Shown: positions 11,029-24,828, counted from the first letter of the stretch. The stretch is 43,975 bases of DNA from Burkholderiales bacterium (GCA_035501675.1 DATJVW010000023.1:1-43975), one strand, 5' to 3'. Translations and numbers: made by a program. The notes: generated by a model from the letters alone, not told the origin.

Positions 11029-11604
11029 TCAGGGTTCCTTGGCCTTGGCCACGGTGACCAGCGCCGGCCGCAAGACCCGGTCGTGCAGCTGGTAGCCTTT
11101 CTGCAGGACGTGCACCACGGTGTTGGGCGCCCTGTCGGACTCCACGGTGGTCATGGCCTGGTGCTTGTGGGGGTCGAACTTGTCCCCGACCGGATTGACT
11201 TCCTTGATGGCGAACTTGTCGAAGGCGGAATCGAGCTGCTTGAGCGTGAGCTCCACGCCCTGCCGCAGCGCGTCGAGCGTCGCGTTGTCCGCCGTCAGCG
11301 CCGCCTGAAGGCTGTCGCGCACCGGTAGGAGCTCTCCGGCGAAGCTCTCCAACGCGTACTTATGCGCGCTGGCGATGTCGGCCTGCGCGCGTTTGCGGAT
11401 GTTGTCCGCTTCGGCTTTGGCGCGAAGCCAGGCATCGTGGTGCTCCTGCGCCTGGAGCTCGGCCCTCCGGAGCATCTCTTCGAGACTGGGCATCTTCTCG
11501 CGCTCCGCATCCGGCGCAGCGCCAGCCGTCCGCCCATCCTCCGCCGCTGCGTCCGCGGCCGGGGAAATCATCCGGGGCGCCAGGCTAGGTTCCTGATCCT
11601 GCAT
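11029..11604 (-). CDS. grpE: Nucleotide exchange factor GrpE
   Basis: 191 aa from ATG 11604 (MQDQEPSL...), preceded by GAGGAGA. The GrpE core [17 protein letters not shown] ... PHKHQAM is present. The track's 274 aa version (to 11853) would overlap the hemH 3' end and is rejected. Confidence 0.9.
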   Translation of the reverse strand: MQDQEPSLAPRMISPAADAAAEDGRTAGAAPDAEREKMPSLEEMLRRAELQAQEHHDAWLRAKAEADNIRKRAQADIASAHKYALESFAGELLPVRDSLQAALTADNATLDALRQGVELTLKQLDSAFDKFAIKEVNPVGDKFDPHKHQAMTTVESDRAPNTVVHVLQKGYQLHDRVLRPALVTVAKAKEP

Positions 11605-11633
11605 GGATTTCGTCTCCTCAGTTGGCACGGCGC

Positions 11634-11661
11634 AGATGGGGGCACGGAGAAATGTTTCAAG
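11634..11661 (-). promoter_or_regulatory. Sigma32 heat-shock promoter for grpE
   Basis: Minus strand reads CTTGAAA-CATTTCTCCGTG-CCCCCATCT, a near-perfect match to the proteobacterial sigma32 consensus CTTGAAA-N13/14-CCCCATNT. It lies about 30 nt upstream of the grpE ATG. Confidence 0.65.
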
Positions 11662-11704
11662 ACCTTCGCGATTCGGCCGCCTCGCTCCGGTTACGTCACC
11701 GGCG

Positions 11705-12805
11705 TCAGGTGCGGGCCCCCAGCGCGAGCGCTCGTTGGCGGCTCGCTTCCGCTGCTTCGCGGGAGGTCGGCTCGTCCCCATCGGCAGGCAACCAACCCCG
11801 CAGGTTCTGCAAAGCGATGTCGGTGAGCGCTTTGATCCACGCGTCGCGCTCATTCAGGCAGGGTATGTAGTGGAACTCGCCGCCTCCGGCGCGCAGGAAA
11901 GCCGCTTTGCCCTCGATCGCGATCTCCTCGAGCGTTTCGAGGCAGTCGGACACGAAGCCCGGACACATGACGTCCACCCGTCTCACCTTCTGTTTAGCCA
12001 GCTGAGTCAGCGTGTCCGTGGTATACGGCTGGAGCCATTGCGCGCGCCCGAAGCGGGACTGAAACGTGAGCAGGTGCTGGCCGGGTTTGAGCGCTAGCGC
12101 TTCGGCCACCAGGCGCGCCGTTTTTTGGCATTCGCAGTGATACGGGTCACCGCGGTTGAGGCTGAATCGCGGCACGCCGTGAAAGCTCATCACCAGGCGG
12201 TCGGGACGCCCGTTCGCCATCCAGTAGTCTCGGACGCTCTGCGCCAGCGCCTGGATGTAGCCGGCATGGTCGTGAAAATGCCTCAGCAGGCGCAACGCCG
12301 GCACGTTACGCATGCGGGCCAGCGCCGCGCCCACGGCATCGTAGGTGCTGGCCGTGACGCTCGCGGCGTACTGTGGATAGAGCGGGATGACCAGCACGCG
12401 ATCGCAGCCCAGCTCGCGCAGCACCCCAAGTTTGTGCGCCACGCTGGGGCTGCCGTAGCGCATGGCCCACTCCACCTCGAGCGGCGAGCGCGTTTGCTCT
12501 CCGAGATAGCCGCGCAGCAGCCGCGCCTGCCGCTCGGTGTGGATCTTGAGCGGTGAGCCCTCGGCGGTCCAGATCTTGGCGTACTTTCCGGCGGATTTGC
12601 GTGGCCGTGTATTGAGGATGATGCCGTGCAGGATCGGCCACCAGAGCGCGCGCGGAACCTCCACCACGCGGGGGTCCGACAGGAATTGCCTGAGGTAGGG
12701 GCGCAGCGCCTGCGCGGTGGGCGCCGCGGGCGTGCCCAGATTGACCAGCAGGACGCCGGTCCTGGGAATTGAGCCGTGCTGGTGGGGAGGTTCAGGAACG
12801 AACAT
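11705..12805 (-). CDS. hemH: Ferrochelatase
   Basis: 366 aa. [33 protein letters not shown], and a histidine/acidic C-terminal core typical of HemH. It starts 21 bp after the hrcA stop. Confidence 0.9.
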   Translation of the reverse strand: MFVPEPPHQHGSIPRTGVLLVNLGTPAAPTAQALRPYLRQFLSDPRVVEVPRALWWPILHGIILNTRPRKSAGKYAKIWTAEGSPLKIHTERQARLLRGYLGEQTRSPLEVEWAMRYGSPSVAHKLGVLRELGCDRVLVIPLYPQYAASVTASTYDAVGAALARMRNVPALRLLRHFHDHAGYIQALAQSVRDYWMANGRPDRLVMSFHGVPRFSLNRGDPYHCECQKTARLVAEALALKPGQHLLTFQSRFGRAQWLQPYTTDTLTQLAKQKVRRVDVMCPGFVSDCLETLEEIAIEGKAAFLRAGGGEFHYIPCLNERDAWIKALTDIALQNLRGWLPADGDEPTSREAAEASRQRALALGART

Positions 12806-12826
12806 CCTCCTGGCACCTCGCGCCGC

Positions 12827-13870
12827 TCACTCCAGCGCCTTGGTGCGCTGAGACATGGCGCTGGACAGCAGCCGAGCCGTGATCTCCACGATCGGGATGA
12901 CCCGCTCGTAAGCCATGCGTGTCGGGCCGATGACGCCCACCGTGCCGACCACTTCTCCGTCTACTTCGTACGGCGCAGTGACGACGCTGCACTCGTCCAG
13001 CGGCACCAGTCCGGATTCCCCGCCGATATAGATCTGCACGCCGTGCGCCCGGCTGCCCATCTCGAGCAGCTGCAGCAGGCTGGTGCGCTGCTCCAGCAAG
13101 TCGAACAGGCGCCGCAGGCTCGCCATGTTGGAGGACAAATCCTGCACGTGCAGCAAGTTGTGCTCGCCGGACAGCACGTAGTCTCCGGAGGGCTCCGTGA
13201 AAGCATTGCTGCCGGCCTCGACCGCGCGCGTGAGCAGCGAAGTCATGTCGTCACGCAGCCGGCGCAGCTCCTCGCGCAGGCGCTCTTTGATCTGGTCGAA
13301 GCTCAGCCCGGCGTAGTTCTGGTTGAGGAAGTTGGAGGCCTCGGTCAGCTCGGATGCCTTATAAGCGCGCTCCGTGAGGATGATCCGGTTTTGCACGTCG
13401 CCCTCGGGCGTGACGATGATCAGCAGCAGTCGCTTGTCCGACAGCGGGAGGAACTCGATGTGCCGGAATGAGATCGAGCGACGCCGCGGGGTCATGACCA
13501 CCCCGGCGAAGCGGGTCAGGTCGGACAGGATATGGGACGCGGAGTGCACCATCCGGTGCGTGCTCTCCACCTGCAGTTGGCCTTCCAGCTGGTCGATCTC
13601 GACCCGGTCCAGCGGCCGAATGGTTAGAAGAGTGTCGACGAAGAAGCGATAACCGCGTGCCGTGGGCACGCGCCCGGCGGACGTGTGCGGGCTGGCCACG
13701 AAGCCCAAGTCCTCGAGATCCGCCATGACGTTGCGCACGCTGGCCGGGCTCAGGTCCAAGCCGGAATACCGCGACAGCGCCCGCGACCCCACCGGCTGGC
13801 CTTCGGTGATGTAGCGCTCGACCAGCGTTTTGAGGAGAATTTGTGCCCGCTCGTTCAGCATCACCTGCAT
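12827..13870 (-). CDS. hrcA: Heat-inducible transcription repressor HrcA
   Basis: [33 protein letters not shown] is the typical HrcA winged-helix N-terminus. The length is about 344-347 aa. The start is ATG 13870, or the second ATG at 13861. The track's 668 aa ORF (to 14833) is an antisense read-through over nadK. Confidence 0.88.
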   Translation of the reverse strand: MQVMLNERAQILLKTLVERYITEGQPVGSRALSRYSGLDLSPASVRNVMADLEDLGFVASPHTSAGRVPTARGYRFFVDTLLTIRPLDRVEIDQLEGQLQVESTHRMVHSASHILSDLTRFAGVVMTPRRRSISFRHIEFLPLSDKRLLLIIVTPEGDVQNRIILTERAYKASELTEASNFLNQNYAGLSFDQIKERLREELRRLRDDMTSLLTRAVEAGSNAFTEPSGDYVLSGEHNLLHVQDLSSNMASLRRLFDLLEQRTSLLQLLEMGSRAHGVQIYIGGESGLVPLDECSVVTAPYEVDGEVVGTVGVIGPTRMAYERVIPIVEITARLLSSAMSQRTKALE

Positions 13871-13965
13871 TGTATCCAAAGGTACACGCAGATACAGCCC
13901 GCAAGCCGGCGCGCAGGGCAGCTCGCGCTTGCGTTTCCGGCCGCGACCGCTCCGGGGCTCACGTC

Positions 13966-13971
13966 TATAAT
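13966..13971 (+). promoter_or_regulatory. Consensus -10 hexamer (TATAAT) directly upstream of nadK
   Basis: TATAAT at 13966-13971 ends 7 nt before the nadK ATG (13979). There is no Shine-Dalgarno in between. The -35 is weak (GCGACC at 13943-13948, 17 nt spacer). Confidence 0.35.
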
Positions 13972-13978
13972 CGGGGCC

Positions 13979-14851
13979 ATGGTCGCCGCCTTCAAGACTA
14001 TCGCCCTGATCGGTAAGTACAAGAGCCCCGAGATCGCGGAGCCCTTGCTGCAGCTTGCCCGCTTCCTGCAGGCCCGAGGCGTGCGCGTCCTGCTGGACCC
14101 GCTCACCGCGGCCCACGTGGTGCGCAACGACCTGGAAGTCCTCGCGCTGGAACAGGCAGGGCGCTTGTCCGACCTGGCCATTGTCATCGGCGGAGATGGG
14201 ACGATGCTGAACATCGCGCGCACGCTCGCCCCCTTTGATGTGGCGGTGGTGGGCGTGAACCAGGGGCGGCTGGGCTTCCTCACCGACATCTCGATCCACA
14301 CCATGCTGCAGACCATCGGCGACATGCTCGACGGCAACTTCGTCACGGAGTCGCGCATGCTCCTGGCCTGCCAGCTGATGCACGGCGACGAACCGAAGCT
14401 GGACGTGCTCGCATTCAACGACGCCAGCATCAGCAAAGGCGCCGACGGCGGGTTGATCGAGCTGGAGGTGCGCATCGACGGCCAGTTCGTCTACGTGCTG
14501 CGCGCCGACGGCCTCATCGTGGCCACCCCGACCGGGTCCACGGCGTACGCCTTGTCGGCGGGCGGCCCGATCCTGCATCCCGCGCTGTCCGTGTTCACCC
14601 TGGTCCCGGTATGTCCGCATACTCTGTCGAATCGCCCCATCGCGGTGAGTTCGGACGCGCTGATCGAGGTCCACATGCACAAATGCGCCGCCGCGCAGAT
14701 CCACTTGGACAGCCACTCCCACTACGAGCTGAAGCCCGGCGACCGTATCCGCATCCGGCGCTACCCGCGCAGCATCCGGCTGCTTCACCCGGTCGGACAC
14801 AACTACTACCGCATGCTGCGCGAGAAGCTGCACTGGAGCGAGACGCTGTAG
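13979..14851 (+). CDS. nadK: NAD+ kinase
   Basis: 290 aa from [21 protein letters not shown] motif ([14 protein letters not shown]) and the NADK C-terminal motif [15 protein letters not shown]. Confidence 0.92.
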   Translation: MVAAFKTIALIGKYKSPEIAEPLLQLARFLQARGVRVLLDPLTAAHVVRNDLEVLALEQAGRLSDLAIVIGGDGTMLNIARTLAPFDVAVVGVNQGRLGFLTDISIHTMLQTIGDMLDGNFVTESRMLLACQLMHGDEPKLDVLAFNDASISKGADGGLIELEVRIDGQFVYVLRADGLIVATPTGSTAYALSAGGPILHPALSVFTLVPVCPHTLSNRPIAVSSDALIEVHMHKCAAAQIHLDSHSHYELKPGDRIRIRRYPRSIRLLHPVGHNYYRMLREKLHWSETL

Positions 14852-14869
14852 CCCTCGCCCGAATCGAGC

Positions 14870-16531
14870 ATGCTGCGAACGCTCGGCATCCGCGACTTCG
14901 TCATCGTCGACCGCCTCGACCTGGAGTTCGAGCCGGGCTTCACGGTGCTGACTGGCGAGACCGGCGCCGGAAAGTCGATCCTGATCGACGCCCTGTCCCT
15001 GGTGCTCGGTGAGCGCAGCGATGCCGATCTGGTGCGGGAAGGATGCCCGCGTGCCGAGATCAGCGCCGAGTTCAACATCGGGGCGCTTCCCGACGTGTCG
15101 CGATGGCTGGAGGCCAACGATCTGGCCGGGGAGCCCGGCGTTTGCCTGCTGCGGCGGGTGCTGGAGTCAGGAGGGCGCTCGCGAGCGTATTTGAACGGCC
15201 GTCCGTCCACCTTGCAGCAGGTCAAGGAATTGGGCGAACGCCTGGTCGACATCCACGGGCAGCACGAGCACCAGTCGCTGGTGCGCGCAACCGCGCAGCG
15301 CGATCTGCTGGACGCCTTCGCGGGGGCCGGTGCACTGGCTCGAGACGCGGAGCTGGCGTGGCGCCGCTGGCAGGACCTCACGCGCCAACGCGTCGAGTGG
15401 GAGAAGGGCGCCGAGGCGCTTGCGGCCGAGCGCGAGCGCCTCGAGTGGCAGGTGCAGGAGTTGACGCAGCTGGCGCTGTCCGCACAGCAGTGGGACGAAC
15501 TGCAGGCGGACCATCGGCGACTGGCGCACGCCGCGAGCTTGATCGAGACCGTCGAGTCCGCCCTGGACGCGTTGTCGGAAGGCGAGGCGGCGGCGCTGGC
15601 GACGCTGAACGGCGTGATATCGCGCCTGCGCTCGGCGCAGCAGTTCGACGCCGGCCTGAAGGACATCCTGGATGTCCTCGAGCCGGCCCAGATCCAGATC
15701 CAAGATGCGGTGTACGATCTGCGCCACTATCGTCAGCGGCTGGATCTCGATCCGGCCAGGCTGCGCGAAGCGGAGCAGCGGCTCGACGCCGTGCATGCGG
15801 CCGCCCGCAAGTACCGCTCTGCCCCCGAGCAGCTGCCCGAGTTGCTGGCTCACGCCGCGCGGCGGCTAGAGGAGTTGCGAGGCGCGCTCGGGGTTCAGGC
15901 GCTGGAGAAGAAGGAGGGCGAGGCGCGCGAGGCTTACTTCGCCATGGCCCATAAGTTGAGCGGCAAGCGCACACAGGCCGCGCGCGAACTCTCGACCAAG
16001 GTGACCGAAGCGATGCAGAAGCTGGCCATGGCCGGCGGCCGCTTCAAGGTGGAATTGCAGGCTGTGCCCGACGGCGGCGCTCATGGGCTGGAGCGCGTCG
16101 AGTTTCAGGTTGCGCCCCACCCCGGCGCATCGCCGCGGCCGCTGGCAAAAGTGGCCTCCGGTGGCGAGCTGTCGCGCTTGAGCTTGGCGGTCCAGAGCGT
16201 GACCAGCGCAGTGGCTCAGGTGCCAGTGCTCATCTTCGACGAGGTGGACGCGGGGATCGGGGGCCGCGTGGCCGAGATCGTCGGGCGGATGCTCAAGCAG
16301 CTGGGAGAGCGACATCAAGTCATGTGCATCACGCACCTTCCGCAGGTGGCCGCGGCTGCCGATCACCAGTGGCAGGTGGTGAAGCGACAGCTCGACCGCG
16401 CAGCGTTGAGCAGCGTCACCCCGCTCGGCGCGCAGCAGCGCGTGGACGAGATCGCGCGCATGCTGGGGGGGGTGAAGATCACCGACACCACACGCAAGCA
16501 CGCGGCGGAGCTGCTGGGGCTCAAGATTTGA
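14870..16531 (+). CDS. recN: DNA repair protein RecN
   Basis: 553 aa. Walker A motif GETGAGKS, a long coiled-coil middle section and the SMC-like C-terminal signature [11 protein letters not shown] ... [10 protein letters not shown]. Confidence 0.93.
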   Translation: MLRTLGIRDFVIVDRLDLEFEPGFTVLTGETGAGKSILIDALSLVLGERSDADLVREGCPRAEISAEFNIGALPDVSRWLEANDLAGEPGVCLLRRVLESGGRSRAYLNGRPSTLQQVKELGERLVDIHGQHEHQSLVRATAQRDLLDAFAGAGALARDAELAWRRWQDLTRQRVEWEKGAEALAAERERLEWQVQELTQLALSAQQWDELQADHRRLAHAASLIETVESALDALSEGEAAALATLNGVISRLRSAQQFDAGLKDILDVLEPAQIQIQDAVYDLRHYRQRLDLDPARLREAEQRLDAVHAAARKYRSAPEQLPELLAHAARRLEELRGALGVQALEKKEGEAREAYFAMAHKLSGKRTQAARELSTKVTEAMQKLAMAGGRFKVELQAVPDGGAHGLERVEFQVAPHPGASPRPLAKVASGGELSRLSLAVQSVTSAVAQVPVLIFDEVDAGIGGRVAEIVGRMLKQLGERHQVMCITHLPQVAAAADHQWQVVKRQLDRAALSSVTPLGAQQRVDEIARMLGGVKITDTTRKHAAELLGLKI

Positions 16532-16565
16532 GGCGCCGAGACGCTAACGCGCATGCAGCGCGGCT

Positions 16566-16997
16566 TCAGCGCTTCGGGCGGTTGGGGCAGTTGCTCTTGA
16601 TACAGTCGGCGTAGATCTGCAGCGAGTGCTCGTGGATGTTGAAGCCGCGGTCCTTCGCGATCTTGAGTTGTCGCTTCTCGATGTCGGAGTCGAAGAACTC
16701 CTCCACGTGCCCGCACTGGATGCACACGAGGTGGTCGTGATGCCCGCCCTCGTTCAGCTCGAACACGGCCTTGCCGCCTTCGAAGTGGTGGCGTATGAGG
16801 ATGCGCGCCTGCTCGAATTGAGTGAGCACGCGGTAGATGGTGGCCAGCCCGATGTCCATGCCCTCCTTGAGCAGCACCTTGTACACGTCCTCCGCGGTGA
16901 GGTGCCGCACCTCGCTGGTCTCGAACAGGTTGAGGATCTTGAGGCGCGGCAAGGTGGCCTTGAGGCCGATGGTCTTGAGGTCGTGGGGTTTGGACAT
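16566..16997 (-). CDS. fur: Ferric uptake regulator
   Basis: 143 aa from [29 protein letters not shown] and CxxC (CIQCG) metal sites. The start is moved from 17018 to ATG 16997. Confidence 0.9.
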   Translation of the reverse strand: MSKPHDLKTIGLKATLPRLKILNLFETSEVRHLTAEDVYKVLLKEGMDIGLATIYRVLTQFEQARILIRHHFEGGKAVFELNEGGHHDHLVCIQCGHVEEFFDSDIEKRQLKIAKDRGFNIHEHSLQIYADCIKSNCPNRPKR

Positions 16998-17027
16998 GGC
17001 GACGCGGACAGGGCCCAAGCGTGCCGG

Positions 17028-17045
17028 CTATCATATAATCTTATC
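17028..17045 (-). promoter_or_regulatory. AT-rich Fur-box-like sequence overlapping a TATAAT in the fur/bamE divergent region
   Basis: Minus strand reads GATAAGATTATATGATAG. This gives GATAAT-type hexamers at 5/6 each, but only about 10/19 against the 19-mer Fur box consensus. Confidence 0.3.
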
Positions 17046-17060
17046 CGGCGTCTGGAAACT

Positions 17061-17084
17061 GCGAACCGGGTGCATGCGGTTCGC
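17061..17084. promoter_or_regulatory. Perfect 8 bp palindrome in the fur-bamE intergenic region (candidate operator or leader hairpin)
   Basis: GCGAACCG-ggtgcatg-CGGTTCGC. Confidence 0.25.
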
Positions 17085-17132
17085 GTATCGCACATCTGAC
17101 AGCGCCGTGCGGCTTAACCTGCTCCCGTGCTT

Positions 17133-18318
<1,186 letters not shown>

Positions 18319-18425
18319 GTCCCGGCCTCGGGGCCGCGCCAACCGGATCCAAAGCATCGGCGTCGCGCAATCTCGCGCGGCCGCGCGTCACCTGAAGGGC
18401 ACAGCCGGGCCTGCAGCGTGCCGCT

Positions 18426-18454
18426 TTGATCCGGCGAGGGGCCTTCTATATAAT
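18426..18454 (+). promoter_or_regulatory. Near-consensus sigma70 promoter for carAB
   Basis: TTGATC (18426-18431), a 17 nt spacer, then TATAAT (18449-18454). Confidence 0.55.
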
Positions 18455-18471
18455 GAATGTCTCCTCGATCG

Positions 18472-18499
18472 AAGCGGGAGGGGTTCGCCCCTCCCGCTT
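18472..18499 (+). promoter_or_regulatory. Perfect GC-rich stem-loop in the carA leader (candidate attenuator or regulatory hairpin)
   Basis: AAGCGGGAGGGG-TTCG-CCCCTCCCGCTT is a 12 bp perfect stem with a TTCG tetraloop. It is followed only by TCC, so the U-tract is weak. It lies about 35 nt upstream of the carA GTG. Confidence 0.45.
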
Positions 18500-18534
18500 T
18501 CCGCGTCTGCGCGTCGAAACTTCGGAGTCCGCCT

Positions 18535-19665
18535 GTGCCATCTCAGCCTGCCATCCTCGCGCTCGCGGACGGCACGGTTTTCCACGGCGAGTCCATCGGC
18601 GCCGATGGTGCCGCGGTCGGCGAGGTCGTGTTCAACACCGCGATGACCGGCTACCAGGAGATCCTGACCGACCCCTCCTATTGCGGCCAGATCGTCACGT
18701 TGACCTATCCTCACATCGGCAATACGGGGATCAACCTCGAAGACACCGAGGGCCAACGGGCTTACGCTGCGGGCTTGGTGATCCGCGATCTGCCCGTCGC
18801 GTCGAGCAACTGGCGCCAGTCGCAGACGCTGCCTGCCTACCTGAACAGCCAGAACGTGGTGGCCATCGCCAGTATCGACACGCGCAAGCTGACCCGCCTG
18901 CTGAGAGAACGCGGTGCGCAGAGCGGATGCCTGATGGCGGGGCGGGTCGATGCGGCTGAAGCGTCGGCGCGGGCGCGCGACTTCCCCGGACTCGCCGGTA
19001 TGGACCTGGCCAAGGTGGTGAGCTGCGACCAACCCTACACGTGGAACGAGGCCGAGTGGTCGTTGGGTCACGGCTTCGGCCGGCAGGAGCGGCCCCAGTA
19101 TCACGTCGTGGCCTATGATTATGGCGTCAAGCGCAACATACTGCGCAAGCTCGCCAGCCGCGGATGCAGGCTGACGGTGCTGCCGGCGCAAGCCAGCGCA
19201 CGACAGGCGCTCGAGCTGCGACCCGATGGGGTCTTCCTGTCGAACGGCCCGGGCGACCCCGAGCCGTGCCGGTATGCTATCCGCGCCATCCGGGAGGTCC
19301 TGGAGAGCGGTGTCCCGATCTTCGGAATCTGCCTCGGTCACCAGCTGCTCGCGCTGGCGTTAGGCGCCCGCACCGTGAAGATGAAGTTCGGGCACCACGG
19401 CGCAAATCACCCGGTGCAGGACCTGGACAGCGGACGGGTCATGATCACGAGCCAGAACCACGGTTTCGCGGTGGATGCTGGCACGTTGCCCGGCAACGCG
19501 CGCGTGACTCATGTGTCGTTGTTCGACGGCAGTTTGCAGGGCTTTGCCCGCATCGACGGACCGGCTTTCTGCTTCCAGGGACACCCGGAGGCGAGCCCGG
19601 GGCCGCACGACGTGGACTATCTGTTCGACCGCTTCATCGGTTTGATGCAGAAACAACACAGGTGA
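18535..19665 (+). CDS. carA: Carbamoyl-phosphate synthase small (glutaminase) subunit
   Basis: The GTG start at 18535 has GGAG 8 nt upstream and gives [23 protein letters not shown], which aligns with the canonical CarA N-terminus. GATase catalytic motif [11 protein letters not shown]. The track's ATG 18457 lies inside or before the predicted promoter start site. Confidence 0.92.
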   Translation: MPSQPAILALADGTVFHGESIGADGAAVGEVVFNTAMTGYQEILTDPSYCGQIVTLTYPHIGNTGINLEDTEGQRAYAAGLVIRDLPVASSNWRQSQTLPAYLNSQNVVAIASIDTRKLTRLLRERGAQSGCLMAGRVDAAEASARARDFPGLAGMDLAKVVSCDQPYTWNEAEWSLGHGFGRQERPQYHVVAYDYGVKRNILRKLASRGCRLTVLPAQASARQALELRPDGVFLSNGPGDPEPCRYAIRAIREVLESGVPIFGICLGHQLLALALGARTVKMKFGHHGANHPVQDLDSGRVMITSQNHGFAVDAGTLPGNARVTHVSLFDGSLQGFARIDGPAFCFQGHPEASPGPHDVDYLFDRFIGLMQKQHR

Positions 19666-19676
19666 CTTATCGATGG

Positions 19677-19806
19677 CCGTGACTCGTGAGATGCCGTGAC
19701 TGGTAAATCGAGAAAAAGAAACCTGCGAGGAAGCAAAGCCGTCAAACCTACGAATCACGAATCACGAATCACGAATCACGAATCACGAATCACGAATCAC
19801 GAATCA
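19677..19806. repeat. Heptad-array inverted-repeat element, copy B, in the carA-carB spacer
   Basis: The left arm begins CCGTGACTCGTGA (19677-19689), 12 nt after the carA stop, and is followed by a second CCGTGAC. The right arm is the tandem array at 19750-19806, which is imperfectly complementary to it (about 11/13). Confidence 0.75.
19750..19805 (+). repeat. Perfect tandem heptanucleotide repeat (ACGAATC)x8
   Basis: Counted directly: eight uninterrupted ACGAATC units plus one extra A. The array ends 10 nt before the carB ATG. Confidence 0.97.
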
Positions 19807-19816
19807 GGGCTTCTCC

Positions 19817-23053
<3,237 letters not shown>

Positions 23054-23082
23054 TCCGCGTAGAATTCGCAGTGTTTGTCGAC

Positions 23083-23113
23083 GGGGCCGGGCTGTTTCCG
23101 GCCCCTTGGCTTT
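23083..23113 (+). terminator. Candidate (probably leaky) intrinsic terminator after carB
   Basis: GGGGCCGG-gctgttt-CCGGCCCC followed by TTGGCTTTAC. greA starts 20 nt later. Confidence 0.4.
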
Positions 23114-23132
23114 ACTGAGGGGAAATCTGAGG

Positions 23133-23609
23133 ATGAGGAAGATTCCGTTGACCGCAGCGGGCGCCGAGATGTTGCGCGCGGAGCTGCATCAGCTCAGGAC
23201 CGTGGAGCGCCCGCGCGTGATCCTGGCCATCCAGGACGCACGCACCCACGGCGACCTGTCCGAGAATGCGGAGTACGAAGCGGCTAAGGAGCGCCAAAGC
23301 TTCATCGAGGGCCGCATCGGCGAGCTGGAGATGAAGCTTGGCAACGCCCAAATTATCGAACCCGCCCACCTGGACGCGGACGGCCGCTGCGTGTTCGGCG
23401 CCACCGTCGAGTTGGAGGACATGACCAGCGGAGAGGTGGTCACCTATCAGCTGGTGGGCGAGGAGGAGGCCGACATCAAGCGGGGCAAGCTCTCCATCAC
23501 CTCCCCCATCGGGCGCGCCCTGATCGGCAAGTACTCGGGCGACGTGGCCGAAGTCCAGGCGCCCGGTGGCCTGCGCTCCTATGAGATCCTGGATGTCAAA
23601 TACATCTAG
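23133..23609 (+). CDS. greA: Transcription elongation factor GreA
   Basis: 158 aa from MRKIPLTAAGAEMLRAELHQL, colinear with GreA (HGDLSENAEYEAAKERQ ... ISITSPIGRALIGK). The start is moved from 23106 to ATG 23133. Confidence 0.93.
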   Translation: MRKIPLTAAGAEMLRAELHQLRTVERPRVILAIQDARTHGDLSENAEYEAAKERQSFIEGRIGELEMKLGNAQIIEPAHLDADGRCVFGATVELEDMTSGEVVTYQLVGEEEADIKRGKLSITSPIGRALIGKYSGDVAEVQAPGGLRSYEILDVKYI

Positions 23610-23647
23610 CCCGAATTGACGAGCCCGGCCGGCGGCGCCCGCGCATC

Positions 23648-24109
23648 GTGAACAGAATCCCCGAGGACCTGCAGTCGCTCGCCGTTACCGTGTGGGTCGG
23701 GACGTTGTGGACCGTCGGGCTGATGGTGGCGCCCACGCTGTTCTACTTCGTTCCCGATCGTATGCTGGCCGGCAGCATCGCGGCGCGGCTGTTCACCTAT
23801 ACGGCGCTGCTCGGGGTCGGCTGCGCGACCTATGTGTTGCTGTTCAGGTTGGCGCGCTTCGGCAGCCATGCCTGGCGCCAGGCATTCTTCTGGGTGGCGC
23901 TGGTCATGTTGGTCCTCGCAATCGTCGGCCAATTCGGCGTGCACCCGATCCTGGAGGGCGTGCGGCAGCAGGCGCTTCCAAGGCAAGTCATGGAGAGCGT
24001 GCTGCGGGACCGCTTCGCCGCCTGGCATGGCGTAGCGAACGTCCTCTATGTTGTGGAGTGCGCGCTCGGTTTCGGACTGGTGCTCTTGCACGCGCGGGCG
24101 CCGAACTAG
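23648..24109 (+). CDS. Small integral membrane protein (DUF4149-like)
   Basis: 153 aa with four hydrophobic helices. As far as I recall, the position between greA and rlmE is conserved for DUF4149 proteins in betaproteobacteria. GTG start. Confidence 0.6.
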   Translation: MNRIPEDLQSLAVTVWVGTLWTVGLMVAPTLFYFVPDRMLAGSIAARLFTYTALLGVGCATYVLLFRLARFGSHAWRQAFFWVALVMLVLAIVGQFGVHPILEGVRQQALPRQVMESVLRDRFAAWHGVANVLYVVECALGFGLVLLHARAPN

Positions 24110-24127
24110 GGCCGGGATTTTTCGCCA

Positions 24128-24754
24128 ATGGCTCGCAGCAAAACCAGCAAGGCATGGATGCGCGAGCACGTGAGCGACGCCTACGTGCAGCGCGCGAGGC
24201 GTGAAGGCTACCGCTCGCGGGCGGCGTACAAGCTCCAGGAGATCGCCCGCTCCGACCGTCTGATGGCGCGGGGAATGACGGTGGTCGACCTGGGCGCGGC
24301 GCCCGGGGGTTGGTCGCAAGTGGCCGCCGAGCTTGTCGGCCCCACCGGCAAAGTCGTGGCGGTGGACCTTCTGGAGATGGTGGCCCTGCGCTCGGTCGTC
24401 CTCATCCAAGGCGATTTTCAGGAGGTGGGAACGCTCGAGCGCTTAGAGGGCGAGTTACACGGGGCACCCGTGGACCTTGTGCTGTCGGACATGGCTCCCA
24501 ATATCAGTGGCATCGGCATCTCGGATCAGGCACGAAGCATGCACTTGGCCGAGCTCGCCCTGGACTTCGCCGTCAAGTGCCTGAAACCGGACGGAAACCT
24601 GCTGGTCAAAACGTTCCAGGGTGTGGCCTTCGGAGAACTGCGTGAGGCGCTACGGCCGCACTTTCGCCAGGTTTTGACGCGCAAGCCGTACGCGTCCCGC
24701 GGCCGTAGCAGCGAGGTCTATCTGCTCGGCAAGGGCTTGATCCGCCAAGCGTAA
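24128..24754 (+). CDS. rlmE: 23S rRNA (uridine2552-2'-O)-methyltransferase RlmE/FtsJ
   Basis: 208 aa. SRAAYKL and the SAM-binding motif [14 protein letters not shown], plus [10 protein letters not shown]. Confidence 0.93.
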   Translation: MARSKTSKAWMREHVSDAYVQRARREGYRSRAAYKLQEIARSDRLMARGMTVVDLGAAPGGWSQVAAELVGPTGKVVAVDLLEMVALRSVVLIQGDFQEVGTLERLEGELHGAPVDLVLSDMAPNISGIGISDQARSMHLAELALDFAVKCLKPDGNLLVKTFQGVAFGELREALRPHFRQVLTRKPYASRGRSSEVYLLGKGLIRQA

Positions 24755-24828
24755 GCCTGTGTAGCGCGGAATGGCTATACAATCGCACAGGCAAGCACCC
24801 ACGCCCCGATGGGGGCCAAGGAGCCGGT

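Noticed and set aside
12827-14833. ORF-track entries that suggest fused or extended proteins: hrcA as 668 aa, grpE as 274 aa (11029-11853), pstA as 543 aa (30587-32218), nuoI inside a 489 aa ORF (41845-43314), and nuoD/E/F/G, carA, greA, tpiA, dnaJ and fur with N-terminal extensions.
   Set aside because: The extensions overlap neighbouring well-supported genes or promoters, have no conserved sequence, and begin upstream of internal starts. Those internal starts carry Shine-Dalgarno sites and give canonical N-termini. These are start-codon artefacts, not novel fusions.
19750-19805. The heptamer array read as a CRISPR array, or as coding sequence (the track translates it as [14 protein letters not shown] in ORF 19696-19890).
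   Set aside because: The units are 7 bp and directly abutting with no spacers, and no cas genes are present. The ORF runs into carB out of frame, has no ribosome-binding site, and its periodic peptide is simply a consequence of the 7 bp repeat read through three frames.
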